Below are positions 54,931 through 62,735 of a stretch of DNA of 64,000 nt, piece by piece. The position numbers were made by a program, and so were the translations under genes. Source of the stretch: a virus; IMG/VR virus record IMGVR_UViG_3300028394_000042. One strand, 5' to 3'. Numbering within the stretch: the stretch's first letter is position 1; every line of letters begins with the position of its first letter. The notes under the pieces are model-generated. The model saw only the letters and a program-made list of their open reading frames with translations. It made no database searches and was not told the DNA's origin.

Positions 54931-55266
54931 TCATTTTCCTTTGAGCTGCGCAAGTTTCGAGATCGAAGAAGTTATATCATCCTGTGTTTCTGTCGTTTTG
55001 CCAAGTGAAACAGGCTGGGTTTTTGCCATAGACGCGGTGCTTATCTTCGAGACAAACGTGCGGTCGTCTATCGATATCTGGTTAGCTGGCGCTGTAACGA
55101 CAGGCGCAGTTCGCTCTGGTTCGCGGGCTTTGCCGTCTGTTAGCCAACTTGACGCTGGTTGTACAGGATGCGAGCAAGCCACGTCGAGCCGGCCGATGAC
55201 GTAGCCTACAATCCCGCCGACGAGCAACAACAGAAAGCTGGTCGCGTACTGGTTGTACAGCTCCAT
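54931..55266 (-). CDS. Single-transmembrane protein coupled to the actin gene, about 111 aa
   Basis: FLLLLVGGIVGYVIG; C-terminal amphipathic ISKLAQLKGK. Confidence 0.7.
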   Translation of the reverse strand: MELYNQYATSFLLLLVGGIVGYVIGRLDVACSHPVQPASSWLTDGKAREPERTAPVVTAPANQISIDDRTFVSKISTASMAKTQPVSLGKTTETQDDITSSISKLAQLKGK

Positions 55267-55274
55267 AGATGTGC

Positions 55275-55895
55275 TTAGCCTTTGCGCCAGCCCTTGTGTT
55301 GGTGTCGTGTGCCCCGTGTGACGCACCGCATGTTTGCCCTATTTAAGCCGTGTTTCTTGCAGAACTGCCTCATGTTTACGGCTGTTATGCGCTCACCGGC
55401 TGGCGAAATGAGCTTACACACGCTGGCTGTCTGTGCTGCGCGGGTCTTGCCGCCCTTTTTACCGCCAGCAGAAGAATGTGCGCTGTGCTCTGCTGTTGTC
55501 ATGCGGCTAAACCCAGAGCCGCCCGCAAGAGACCGCGCATATGCCTGCTTGCGCTGCGCTTCTGTCAGGATAAACCGCCCGCGCACGTTGCGGTTCAGGC
55601 ACAGCTTCAGGCCGTCGTTCATCATGGCGTCTTTGATAAGCGTTTCTTCAGCGCGCCACAAAGCCTGCGCGTTTCGCTTATTCGCCAGCACGTATCGGCA
55701 CTTTAACACGACTTTCAACGCATTTCGCTGGTACTCAGGGTGGCCGGGCGTGTTGTACTTCTTGAACGTAACCATAGAGCCAAAATACGCATGGTCATCA
55801 ACCGGGCTGCGCGCCGTAATGCGCGAGCCGTAGTACACACGATGCGCTATGTCAGGGTAGACAATCGCGTACGTGTAATGCCACCGCTTTTGCAT
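55275..55895 (-). CDS. Free-standing GIY-YIG-like (Seg-type) homing endonuclease
   Basis: HYTYAI...YYGSR, YFGS, conserved E and LN, C-terminal FCKKHGL...HKGW DNA-binding module. Confidence 0.75.
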   Translation of the reverse strand: MQKRWHYTYAIVYPDIAHRVYYGSRITARSPVDDHAYFGSMVTFKKYNTPGHPEYQRNALKVVLKCRYVLANKRNAQALWRAEETLIKDAMMNDGLKLCLNRNVRGRFILTEAQRKQAYARSLAGGSGFSRMTTAEHSAHSSAGGKKGGKTRAAQTASVCKLISPAGERITAVNMRQFCKKHGLNRANMRCVTRGTRHQHKGWRKG

Positions 55896-56002
55896 ACACT
55901 GACTCCATTCAGTGTGGCTCGCAGTGTAACCAGATCCATCTAGTTACTGCCGACTAGTTTACTTTGTCGGCACCCGGTTGACCTAGTTACAGCAAACAGC
56001 GG

Positions 56003-56650
56003 TCATTTCATTGTGACGGTCAGCGGCGCTTTGTATTGCTTCAGGTAGCGCTTGTATACCACAGGGTTTGGGTTCTCTACCGTAGGTATGCTGCTGGCTT
56101 CTTCTGGCGTAGCGATGACTTGGTGTACAGCTTCGCCAGAAAGTGTGTCGCACCAGACTACGTTTTCAAGCTTAAGCCCGTCAGCGTCGTGGATAACAGC
56201 CACGTCTGGGATCTCGCTCGCCCTGCCTGCGTCAAAGATCATTTCTCGTCTCCTGTGTTTTTCTGGCGCGTCCAACTCAAACATTTTGATAACTAAGTCC
56301 AAAGCTACTGCACACATGACTTCCAGCGCTGTATCTGACTGGCACTCTGGGCACGTACGCTTGTGCTCTTCCAGCTGCTTTTCAAGAGCGGCAATATCCG
56401 CGTCTAGTCTAGCTTTTTTATCTTGCTCAAAAGCGGCAAGCACGTGATCTGGAAGCCGGCCGATCAATTTTGTTTCTCGATCTTTATCGTCCATGGTTTC
56501 TTCAGCTTTCATTCTGGCCACACGGGAGGAGATATGCGCGTCTAGTCTAGCTCTAGCGAGTGCGCTGGCGTCCGGCGCCATAGCCTTCCTAAAAGCAACG
56601 AGGGTCTCGCGGGTGAAACCACCGGCAAACTCATCTTGGTTGTCTGGCAT
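56003..56650 (-). CDS. Hypothetical protein, 215 aa
   Basis: AGGAG RBS; HxxxCxxC. Confidence 0.6.
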   Translation of the reverse strand: MPDNQDEFAGGFTRETLVAFRKAMAPDASALARARLDAHISSRVARMKAEETMDDKDRETKLIGRLPDHVLAAFEQDKKARLDADIAALEKQLEEHKRTCPECQSDTALEVMCAVALDLVIKMFELDAPEKHRRREMIFDAGRASEIPDVAVIHDADGLKLENVVWCDTLSGEAVHQVIATPEEASSIPTVENPNPVVYKRYLKQYKAPLTVTMK

Positions 56651-56659
56651 CTGTGTCTC

Positions 56660-56908
56660 CTACAAAAAATCCGCTTCAAGTAACTTACGCCGCGCAACGG
56701 GGTCACTTGGAAGCGTCGCCATGGCTAGTGCAGTGGCATCTATTTTACCTTGCGCATATTGCGCAAAAGCAACACGCACGGAACTAGTATAAAAAAAGTT
56801 TACAGGGCCGCTTTCTTTTACGAGTTCACCAAGCCGTTGAGTGCCACTTCTGGCACTTAACTCGTCTTTTTTGTCGCAAGGTGCCAACTCTGTCACTTTA
56901 TCGGCCAT
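56660..56908 (-). CDS. Hypothetical protein, about 82 aa
   Basis: GAGG RBS before MADKV. Confidence 0.5.
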   Translation of the reverse strand: MADKVTELAPCDKKDELSARSGTQRLGELVKESGPVNFFYTSSVRVAFAQYAQGKIDATALAMATLPSDPVARRKLLEADFL

Positions 56909-56922
56909 AGTTTCCTCAGCTT

Positions 56923-57573
56923 TCATTCTGGCCACTCAGGGGGAGATATACGCGCTTCTTCCTCAGTAAATAACTGCAGCACCAAAATCTTTTGTTGAAT
57001 TTCGGGCGGTAGTTTGTTGAGGTATGTGTCAACAAGATCTATACGCGCCCCTTTAGCCAGATGCGTAAACATGTTGGAGACAATGCGCACCCGAATCGAC
57101 GCGCTATTACGGTGATATATCGACAATGCTGTGAAAGTCATTGGGCTAAGTGCGTCTTGAACAAGCCGTAATTCCTTGGTTTGGCCATGTAAGTCATCGA
57201 CGTACGGCGGCGGGGCTACGGTGTGCGCCGCTGCAACAGGCGTCACGCGGCGGCGGTAGATGATAGACGGATACTTATGGCCCCCATGCCTGTGCGTCGG
57301 CAGCCTCAACCACTCACGTTGGTTGTCTCGATAAGCCGATTCGTCACCCTCCTGCAAAACATCTTCCGGCCCAAGCTCGCGCCAACCCTCGCCAACGTCT
57401 GGCTTATCGCCGTCGATTTCCACGGGTTTATCGAGCTCTTTGATCGCCGCGTCTGCAATGGCGACTGCCCGGGCGGCTACGTCAGCGACAAAAGCGGCAT
57501 CGAGAGTGTTGCCAGTATACGACGCACACAAGCCATTTAACGCTGCCTTAACAAACTCTTCGCGCGGACTCAT
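56923..57573 (-). CDS. Mosaic hypothetical protein with BolA-like C-terminal segment
   Basis: REEF..AAL.GL N-terminus; GEGWREL module; IRVRIVS..F.....RIDLV...L. Confidence 0.6.
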   Translation of the reverse strand: MSPREEFVKAALNGLCASYTGNTLDAAFVADVAARAVAIADAAIKELDKPVEIDGDKPDVGEGWRELGPEDVLQEGDESAYRDNQREWLRLPTHRHGGHKYPSIIYRRRVTPVAAAHTVAPPPYVDDLHGQTKELRLVQDALSPMTFTALSIYHRNSASIRVRIVSNMFTHLAKGARIDLVDTYLNKLPPEIQQKILVLQLFTEEEARISPPEWPE

Positions 57574-57632
57574 GTAATGTTCCTTTGGTTACCTACTACA
57601 CAAAACATTGCACAAACTTGAATCTTCTGTAG

Positions 57633-57660
57633 ACCATTTCGCTGACGTCAACGAAATGGT
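57633..57660. repeat. 28-bp near-perfect palindrome
   Basis: ACCATTTCGCTGAC|GTCAACGAAATGGT, one mismatched pair. Confidence 0.85.
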
Positions 57661-57691
57661 GCAGCGGCGGCGGAGAGAGGATACCGGTTTA

Positions 57692-58075
57692 TCAATTCGG
57701 TCCTCGCTCCGCCGCAAGCGCCGCTTTTAGATCTTGTATTGAGTAGTACACAGGCTTACCGGCTTGAATAAAATACCGCACTTCTGAGTCAGCCCCAGAA
57801 GATTCCGCCTGTTGATACGAGTATTCGTTAAACAACGCCACCAGACGCAGGCATATATCACAACGCGACACGATTTCCCTGTCGTACGCCAGCCAGTGCT
57901 CGTATGGCCGCGGAAACGACAAATGCTGAAAATGCGACCACAACGGTGCAATCGGTACAACCCCAAGAGACAGCAGCTCATCGAATACTGCCAATTGAAA
58001 CCGCACGTTAATTGCTGTGTCGCCCTTTGTGTACGGGCTGGCAATGTAGACCCGCGGTTTTTCATTTACCGGCAT
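57692..58075 (-). CDS. Nucleoside 2-deoxyribosyltransferase-like (DUF4406/DUF1937-type) protein
   Basis: RVYIASPYT, W..YD....RCD, ESSGADSE, GKPVY. Start moved to ATG 58075. Confidence 0.75.
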   Translation of the reverse strand: MPVNEKPRVYIASPYTKGDTAINVRFQLAVFDELLSLGVVPIAPLWSHFQHLSFPRPYEHWLAYDREIVSRCDICLRLVALFNEYSYQQAESSGADSEVRYFIQAGKPVYYSIQDLKAALAAERGPN

Positions 58076-58214
58076 ATTTAATCCTTTCATGTGTGGTGCA
58101 GCGGCGGCGGGGTGCTTAGGGAGCCAGCCATGCACAGCCAACCCACACCCCGCCGCAAGCGCCGCTACTAGCTTCTCTGCCACCGAGTTCCCCAGCAGCA
58201 AAGAGAACTTTCAT

Positions 58215-58718
58215 CTATGTTGTTGCCGACTTTACGCGGCGGCGGTGAAAACCTCCAACAGCGCCGACGCACTTGCCAATAGTGCGGCGTGTCACTAAAA
58301 CCCAAAGGCCGGCGTCGCTACTCTCGTACTCGTCGCCAGCCGCGATTACCTCGTTAGCTTTCAGCAGCCGCCACTCTTCGCGCACAACGAGCTGCGCCGG
58401 TTTGTCGGGTTCGGCCGCCGTATGCCGCGCAACAATGTCGTTAAGCGTAACAGCCCACGAAGGTGTGTTGTCGCAAACAGCTGACATAGCAGCATCTGCT
58501 ATAGCGTCCAGCTCGTGCTGCGTCAGCAACTCGCGCGGAGTCAAACCGGTGTCCATCTGCACGTATACGTCGCCATCACGTACGGACAACGTGCAGTCTT
58601 GCTCTGCATAGCGCCTGATAACTTCTTCCAGCGTCCGCACTTTTTGCAGGGCAGCGTGTAGTTCGTGCCCCATGCCGACAAGCTCTTTGCAGCACCGGCC
58701 CAAAGGATCATCTGTCAT
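58215..58718 (-). CDS. Hypothetical protein, 167 aa
   Basis: YAEQDCTLSV; WRLL..E.I..GDE module also present in 56923-57573. Confidence 0.65.
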   Translation of the reverse strand: MTDDPLGRCCKELVGMGHELHAALQKVRTLEEVIRRYAEQDCTLSVRDGDVYVQMDTGLTPRELLTQHELDAIADAAMSAVCDNTPSWAVTLNDIVARHTAAEPDKPAQLVVREEWRLLKANEVIAAGDEYESSDAGLWVLVTRRTIGKCVGAVGGFHRRRVKSATT

Positions 58719-58771
58719 TACTCACCTACAATAAGTTTTTTTGCATGAAAACTTGACAACTGTTCCGCAGT

Positions 58772-59056
58772 TTATTTGTTGTCTTTAATTTTTCGCCTGC
58801 GTACCCAGTTTTTTGGTAAAGATCCGTTAGGGTAATCAAGCGGCACATAAAACCCGCCAAAAGTCCCGTCAATGTCTATTTGCCGTTTGACTAGGTTGAA
58901 CGTGCCGGCATTCCATGAGCCGTCAATCATTAGGTCTGCAATCGGCGGGCAATACACCTCGACTGGCTCCCCGTGACGATACCGCCAAGCCGGGTCAAAT
59001 TCAAGGGTAGGTACCGCAATCACGGTGACCAAGAAAGCTCTGCGGGTAAAGCTCAT
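58772..59056 (-). CDS. Paralogue B with twin-arginine-like N-terminus
   Basis: MSFTRRAFL; clearly similar to 59053-59355. Confidence 0.7.
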   Translation of the reverse strand: MSFTRRAFLVTVIAVPTLEFDPAWRYRHGEPVEVYCPPIADLMIDGSWNAGTFNLVKRQIDIDGTFGGFYVPLDYPNGSLPKNWVRRRKIKDNK

Positions 59057-59355
59057 TTTTCGGGACTCTTCTTGCGCACCCAATTTCTCGGCAACGGCAT
59101 ATCAGCGTAATTAAGTGGTATGTGAAAACTGCCGCCGGGCTTAAAAACGTCTATTTGCCGTTTGCGTAAGTTAAACATACCGTCGCGCCATTTGCCGTTT
59201 TTGCCCTCAAGCCAGCCGCTGCCGCTTAGCAAATCAGCTACGTCTGGAATCCACACCTGCACCGGATCGCCGTCACAATGCGGCCACGCTTGCTCAAATT
59301 CAAGCGCCGGGACTGTGATTACAGTTGCCAAGAAGGCTCTGCGGGTGACGCTCAT
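59053..59355 (-). CDS. Paralogue A with twin-arginine-like N-terminus
   Basis: MSVTRRAFL; shares FNL.KRQID and LP.NWVR with paralogue B. Confidence 0.7.
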   Translation of the reverse strand: MSVTRRAFLATVITVPALEFEQAWPHCDGDPVQVWIPDVADLLSGSGWLEGKNGKWRDGMFNLRKRQIDVFKPGGSFHIPLNYADMPLPRNWVRKKSPEK

Positions 59356-59475
59356 TTATGTCGCGTGGTTTAGCCGCGGCTCCACCGGCCAGCAAAGAAC
59401 GCCAGCACAGACATTGCAAGGGCAACCCACGGCCACTGCATAGAAAACGACAGGTACATAAACACAGCTGCTGCG

Positions 59476-59823
59476 CTATTCATCTGGCATTTCCTTTGTT
59501 GTCATTGGTTCCGCGCTACACAAATACTCGGTATGTATTTCTGGGCTATGCAAATACTCGACGCGTAGCGGTGCCGGATGTTGGCGGCGTTCAACTTTAA
59601 CTTTTCCTTTGTCAGATTGCCCGAAAAACGATACTGCGTAGCTCCAACAAAGCCGGCCATCTGCGTTAAAAACGATATGATCAGCTTCGCCTGTATCAGT
59701 GTTGCACCACCGCACGTAATGCAACTCCACACCGTTAGCGTCAAATACCTGACAACTTGCGGTACGTAAAACAGTGTTGCTACCTTCAGTGTCTAAGATC
59801 AGCTGTTTAATGTCTAAAATCAT
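59476..59823 (-). CDS. Hypothetical protein, about 115 aa
   Basis: VFDANG...WCNTDTGE...PAPLRV; AGGAG RBS. Confidence 0.65.
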   Translation of the reverse strand: MILDIKQLILDTEGSNTVLRTASCQVFDANGVELHYVRWCNTDTGEADHIVFNADGRLCWSYAVSFFGQSDKGKVKVERRQHPAPLRVEYLHSPEIHTEYLCSAEPMTTKEMPDE

Positions 59824-60026
59824 CTGTCTTCTCCTTTGATTACCCACTCGAACTTAGGCTCGCCGTCTTCGTCACTGACCCACTTCGCCGCGCCGACCTT
59901 TATAGCCTCGCGACGCACGTCTCGTTCCCCGATGTCCACACCTCTAAGCACGCTGAGAATAGAAATTGCGGACAGCATTACCAGCATAAAAACAAGGACT
60001 ACAGCAATTTCTTTCGTAGATATCAT
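59820..60026 (-). CDS. Small single-transmembrane protein, paralogue B
   Basis: DVRREAIKVGAAKWVSDEDGEPKFEW. Confidence 0.7.
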   Translation of the reverse strand: MISTKEIAVVLVFMLVMLSAISILSVLRGVDIGERDVRREAIKVGAAKWVSDEDGEPKFEWVIKGEDR

Positions 60027-60229
60027 TTGCCTTCTCCTCTGATTATCCACTCAAACTTAGACGCACCATTTTCGTCACTGACCCACCGCGCCACGCCGGT
60101 CTTTATGGCCTCTTGGCGCACGTCTTGCCTACCGCTCACTACGCCTTTAAAAAAGCCCATCATTACACCGACTATAAGCAGTGCCGCTGTAAGTAGAAGA
60201 ACAACTCGCGCCTCGTTATCAGTCGCCAT
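60023..60229 (-). CDS. Small single-transmembrane protein, paralogue A
   Basis: DVRQEAIKTGVARWVSDENGASKFEW. Confidence 0.7.
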   Translation of the reverse strand: MATDNEARVVLLLTAALLIVGVMMGFFKGVVSGRQDVRQEAIKTGVARWVSDENGASKFEWIIRGEGK

Positions 60230-60642
60230 TATTTGTCTTTCTCTACGTGATCGTAATCAAATAGCTTTTTCATGATGCCCTTTAGCGTCAGTCGCTCTAA
60301 AATTGAGTTTAGCGCTGCCGCTACGTCATCGCCTTTATATAGTGCTGGCACTGCGGGATTGTTGTTGAAGCCGTTGCAGCTGCCACACGCATTCGCAGCT
60401 TCTTTTAAGGCCCAGATTTCGACGTCGGTGAGCTGTAATTGCATTGCCTTTTCCCGCAGCCGCTGAATTTCAGCGTCGGCCACAGCAAATCTTGTATTCG
60501 GGGCTGCGCGTAGCTGCGTAATTTCAACTGCTGCCTCAAGCAATAGATCATTAGTGTACTCTTGCGTATAGGCCGACAGGCTATCTTCAGCAGCTGCCGT
60601 AACAGCTCTGGCATTTAAGCGCGGCACGATGTCATAATTCAT
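60229..60642 (-). CDS. Hypothetical protein, 137 aa
   Basis: DIVPRL...EAAVEITQLR; overlaps neighbours. Confidence 0.65.
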   Translation of the reverse strand: MNYDIVPRLNARAVTAAAEDSLSAYTQEYTNDLLLEAAVEITQLRAAPNTRFAVADAEIQRLREKAMQLQLTDVEIWALKEAANACGSCNGFNNNPAVPALYKGDDVAAALNSILERLTLKGIMKKLFDYDHVEKDK

Positions 60643-60968
60643 TTGCCAGCCTCCATCGCCTTCAACAGCCGTACAGCCTTGAGCAGATCAATGGTGACAG
60701 CGCCACCGTTTTCGTCTCGCACCTGAATGCGCGATGTGCCGTCTTTGTCAGCAATGATTGCCCAGCCGTAGATGCCGTCTTGCGTGCGGGCACCAACGTA
60801 TGCATCGCCTCGTTCACAAGCCAACGTGACGTGTTGCATTTTGTCGGGGCCGCAAAAGAACGCAAACTTGTCGTCGTTATGCGTGCTGAATACAAACTGA
60901 GTCGGCAACGCAGCTGCAAGGCACAGGGCGCAAAGAGCAGAAAGAACACAAGCAAAAGCAGTCCGCAT
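60639..60968 (-). CDS. Exported hypothetical protein
   Basis: AGGAG RBS before the signal-peptide-like MRTAFACVLS. Confidence 0.6.
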   Translation of the reverse strand: MRTAFACVLSALCALCLAAALPTQFVFSTHNDDKFAFFCGPDKMQHVTLACERGDAYVGARTQDGIYGWAIIADKDGTSRIQVRDENGGAVTIDLLKAVRLLKAMEAGK

Positions 60969-61022
60969 GATAAAACTCCTAGGTAAATGAAACAAAACTC
61001 AACTCAGGTTCACCGCGTTAAC

Positions 61023-61289
61023 TTATTCGCTGATATTCGCTTCTGCCTGCCGCTTTGAGCACGGGCAGTCTGGGTGATGCACGAAGTGGTGTATCGACTC
61101 TACCCACAAATGGTTATCGTGCGTGACGGTCTGCATGCCCCACGCCGCTGACGGACTAACGGCAGTTGTTTCACTATTAAGGGGCTTGGGTATTCGCATC
61201 ATCAGCTGGAACACCAGCGCAATCAGCACTAAGCTTACGCCTCCAGCCACCATACCGTCAACCAGCGTAAAACCACTACGTTGATTCAT
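61023..61289 (-). CDS. Small protein with prepilin-type N-terminal motif
   Basis: RSG|FTLVD plus hydrophobic helix; C-terminal HHPDCPC. Confidence 0.65.
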   Translation of the reverse strand: MNQRSGFTLVDGMVAGGVSLVLIALVFQLMMRIPKPLNSETTAVSPSAAWGMQTVTHDNHLWVESIHHFVHHPDCPCSKRQAEANISE

Positions 61290-61296
61290 GTTGCAT

Positions 61297-61674
61297 TTAC
61301 AACAACCTTTCTATGATTGCCTTTGTGCCGGCATTGAACTTATGCAAAATATCAATTTCTTTGTGGGCTGCCGCAAGCCGCAGCCGGGCAATCTCCGCGT
61401 CGCCCCGTAGCCGCTTGATCTCTTCTACCATGGCCGCTGACAACTCGTCGCAGCGTACACTGCCGGCTCTCTCTACCACCAGCCCAAGATCCGTGAGCTG
61501 CTTCTCTATGGTTGTGTGCTCGTCGCAGGAGCTTGAGATTAGCTCGTCGTTTAGCTGGTTTATGCGGTCAATTTCATCAAGCACAAGTTGGTCTTCATCG
61601 CTCCAGCTAATCCGGCTGCTGAACTGGCTGTAAACACGCGTACGAAATTTTGCAATGATGTCACTGTCAAACAT
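61297..61674 (-). CDS. Hypothetical coiled-coil protein
   Basis: Start moved to ATG 61674, inside the junction repeat. Confidence 0.6.
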   Translation of the reverse strand: MFDSDIIAKFRTRVYSQFSSRISWSDEDQLVLDEIDRINQLNDELISSSCDEHTTIEKQLTDLGLVVERAGSVRCDELSAAMVEEIKRLRGDAEIARLRLAAAHKEIDILHKFNAGTKAIIERLL

Positions 61675-61957
61675 CTTTGTCCCCTTCTTTCTGCTTGGAT
61701 AAGCCGAGAAAACTTTGGCGGGAGCGGTAGTAGTACTTAAAGTCATCGTCTGCAACTCGCGCGTTGAGTTCGTTTAGCTGCGTCTGCAAATACCCAACAA
61801 CAGCCAGCAATTCAGAGGCTGTCATCCGCTCAACAGGCTCACCAAAAAACATCAAGTCTCTGGCCGCAAGCCAGCAGTCAGCGACAAGTTCGGCCCGCCG
61901 GCTTTGCTCTTTTGAGTCAAACTCTGCCATGTTCATTGGTACAACACGCTTAGGCAT
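61667..61957 (-). CDS. Hypothetical protein, 96 aa
   Basis: Flanked by junction repeats. Confidence 0.6.
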   Translation of the reverse strand: MPKRVVPMNMAEFDSKEQSRRAELVADCWLAARDLMFFGEPVERMTASELLAVVGYLQTQLNELNARVADDDFKYYYRSRQSFLGLSKQKEGDKDV

Positions 61958-62349
61958 CTTTGTCTCCCTCTTTCTGTTTGTTCAATATCTTTTCCATGAT
62001 TGTTTTAACGCGTCACTTAATCCTCAAATTCAAATTGGTCAGCGTCAAACACAATGATTGAATGCCCAAAAATATTGTGCCCGCCGCGCATCGTTGGCGC
62101 ACCCGGCTTAAAAGCAGCGATTGCAATGTCTAGCGCGACTTCAAAATTACGCGGCAAATACACGTACTTTGCCCCGCCGCAGTGAGACTCGCCCCACCTT
62201 AACGGCTCAGATATACGCTGCATATAGGCAGCAAGACAAGCTTGATACACACTCCAAGCCAACTCTTCTACAGTAGAAAAATCATCAGTGGTTACAGGTT
62301 CAGGCATCTTTGTCTCCCTCTTTCTGCTTGTCTAAGATCTTCTTCATGA
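61672..62349 (-). repeat. Dispersed gene-junction repeat, 3 copies (62302-62349, 61952-61999, 61672-61697)
   Basis: Core CAA(G/A)CAGAAAGA(G/A)GG(A/G)GACAAAGATG containing the RBS and the next start codon. Confidence 0.85.
62017..62307 (-). CDS. Hypothetical protein, 96 aa
   Basis: Flanked by junction repeats. Confidence 0.6.
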   Translation of the reverse strand: MPEPVTTDDFSTVEELAWSVYQACLAAYMQRISEPLRWGESHCGGAKYVYLPRNFEVALDIAIAAFKPGAPTMRGGHNIFGHSIIVFDADQFEFED

Positions 62350-62551
62350 CTTCAGGCGCTACTGGGATCTGCATCGCGTGCCTGTAGATCGGCCGGATCT
62401 TGTTCCCCTCGTACACCTCGTCGATGTCATACCGGTGCAGGCTGTGGCCGTCGATCATCATGATGGTCTCTTGGTCGGGCGGCACGGCAAGCACAATGCC
62501 GTCGAAGGGCCCGCCGTATAGCTCGTGCTTGACTAGTTTTTGTTTAGCCAT
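62300..62551 (-). CDS. Hypothetical protein, 83 aa
   Basis: LYGGPFDG motif; GGAGG RBS. Confidence 0.7.
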   Translation of the reverse strand: MAKQKLVKHELYGGPFDGIVLAVPPDQETIMMIDGHSLHRYDIDEVYEGNKIRPIYRHAMQIPVAPEVMKKILDKQKEGDKDA

Positions 62552-62572
62552 AAATAGCGCCTCCGTGCGCTC

Positions 62573-62716
62573 CTACTCATCCTTGAAGTATCTGTACTTC
62601 TCGCCTTGCTTGAGGAACATGTGCAGGTTGAAAATCAGGCTAATGAGAGCTGCGGCTGTAATCAAGGCGGCAGCGTACAGCAGGTGTTCAACCACAAGCC
62701 ATATGTAGATCAGCAT
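62573..62716 (-). CDS. 47-aa membrane peptide
   Basis: Translated manually (MLIYIWLVVEHLLYAAALITAAALISLIF...); below the ORF track cut-off. Confidence 0.5.
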   Translation of the reverse strand: MLIYIWLVVEHLLYAAALITAAALISLIFNLHMFLKQGEKYRYFKDE

Positions 62717-62735
62717 GTGCGTAGCTTCCAGACGT

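Noticed and set aside
58772-60229. Diversity-generating retroelement template/variable repeats
   Set aside because: Differences between copies are not adenine-specific and there is no reverse transcriptase in the window.
61672-62349. CRISPR array or integron attC array
   Set aside because: The repeats are degenerate, non-palindromic and about 280-350 bp apart; no cas or integrase gene is present.
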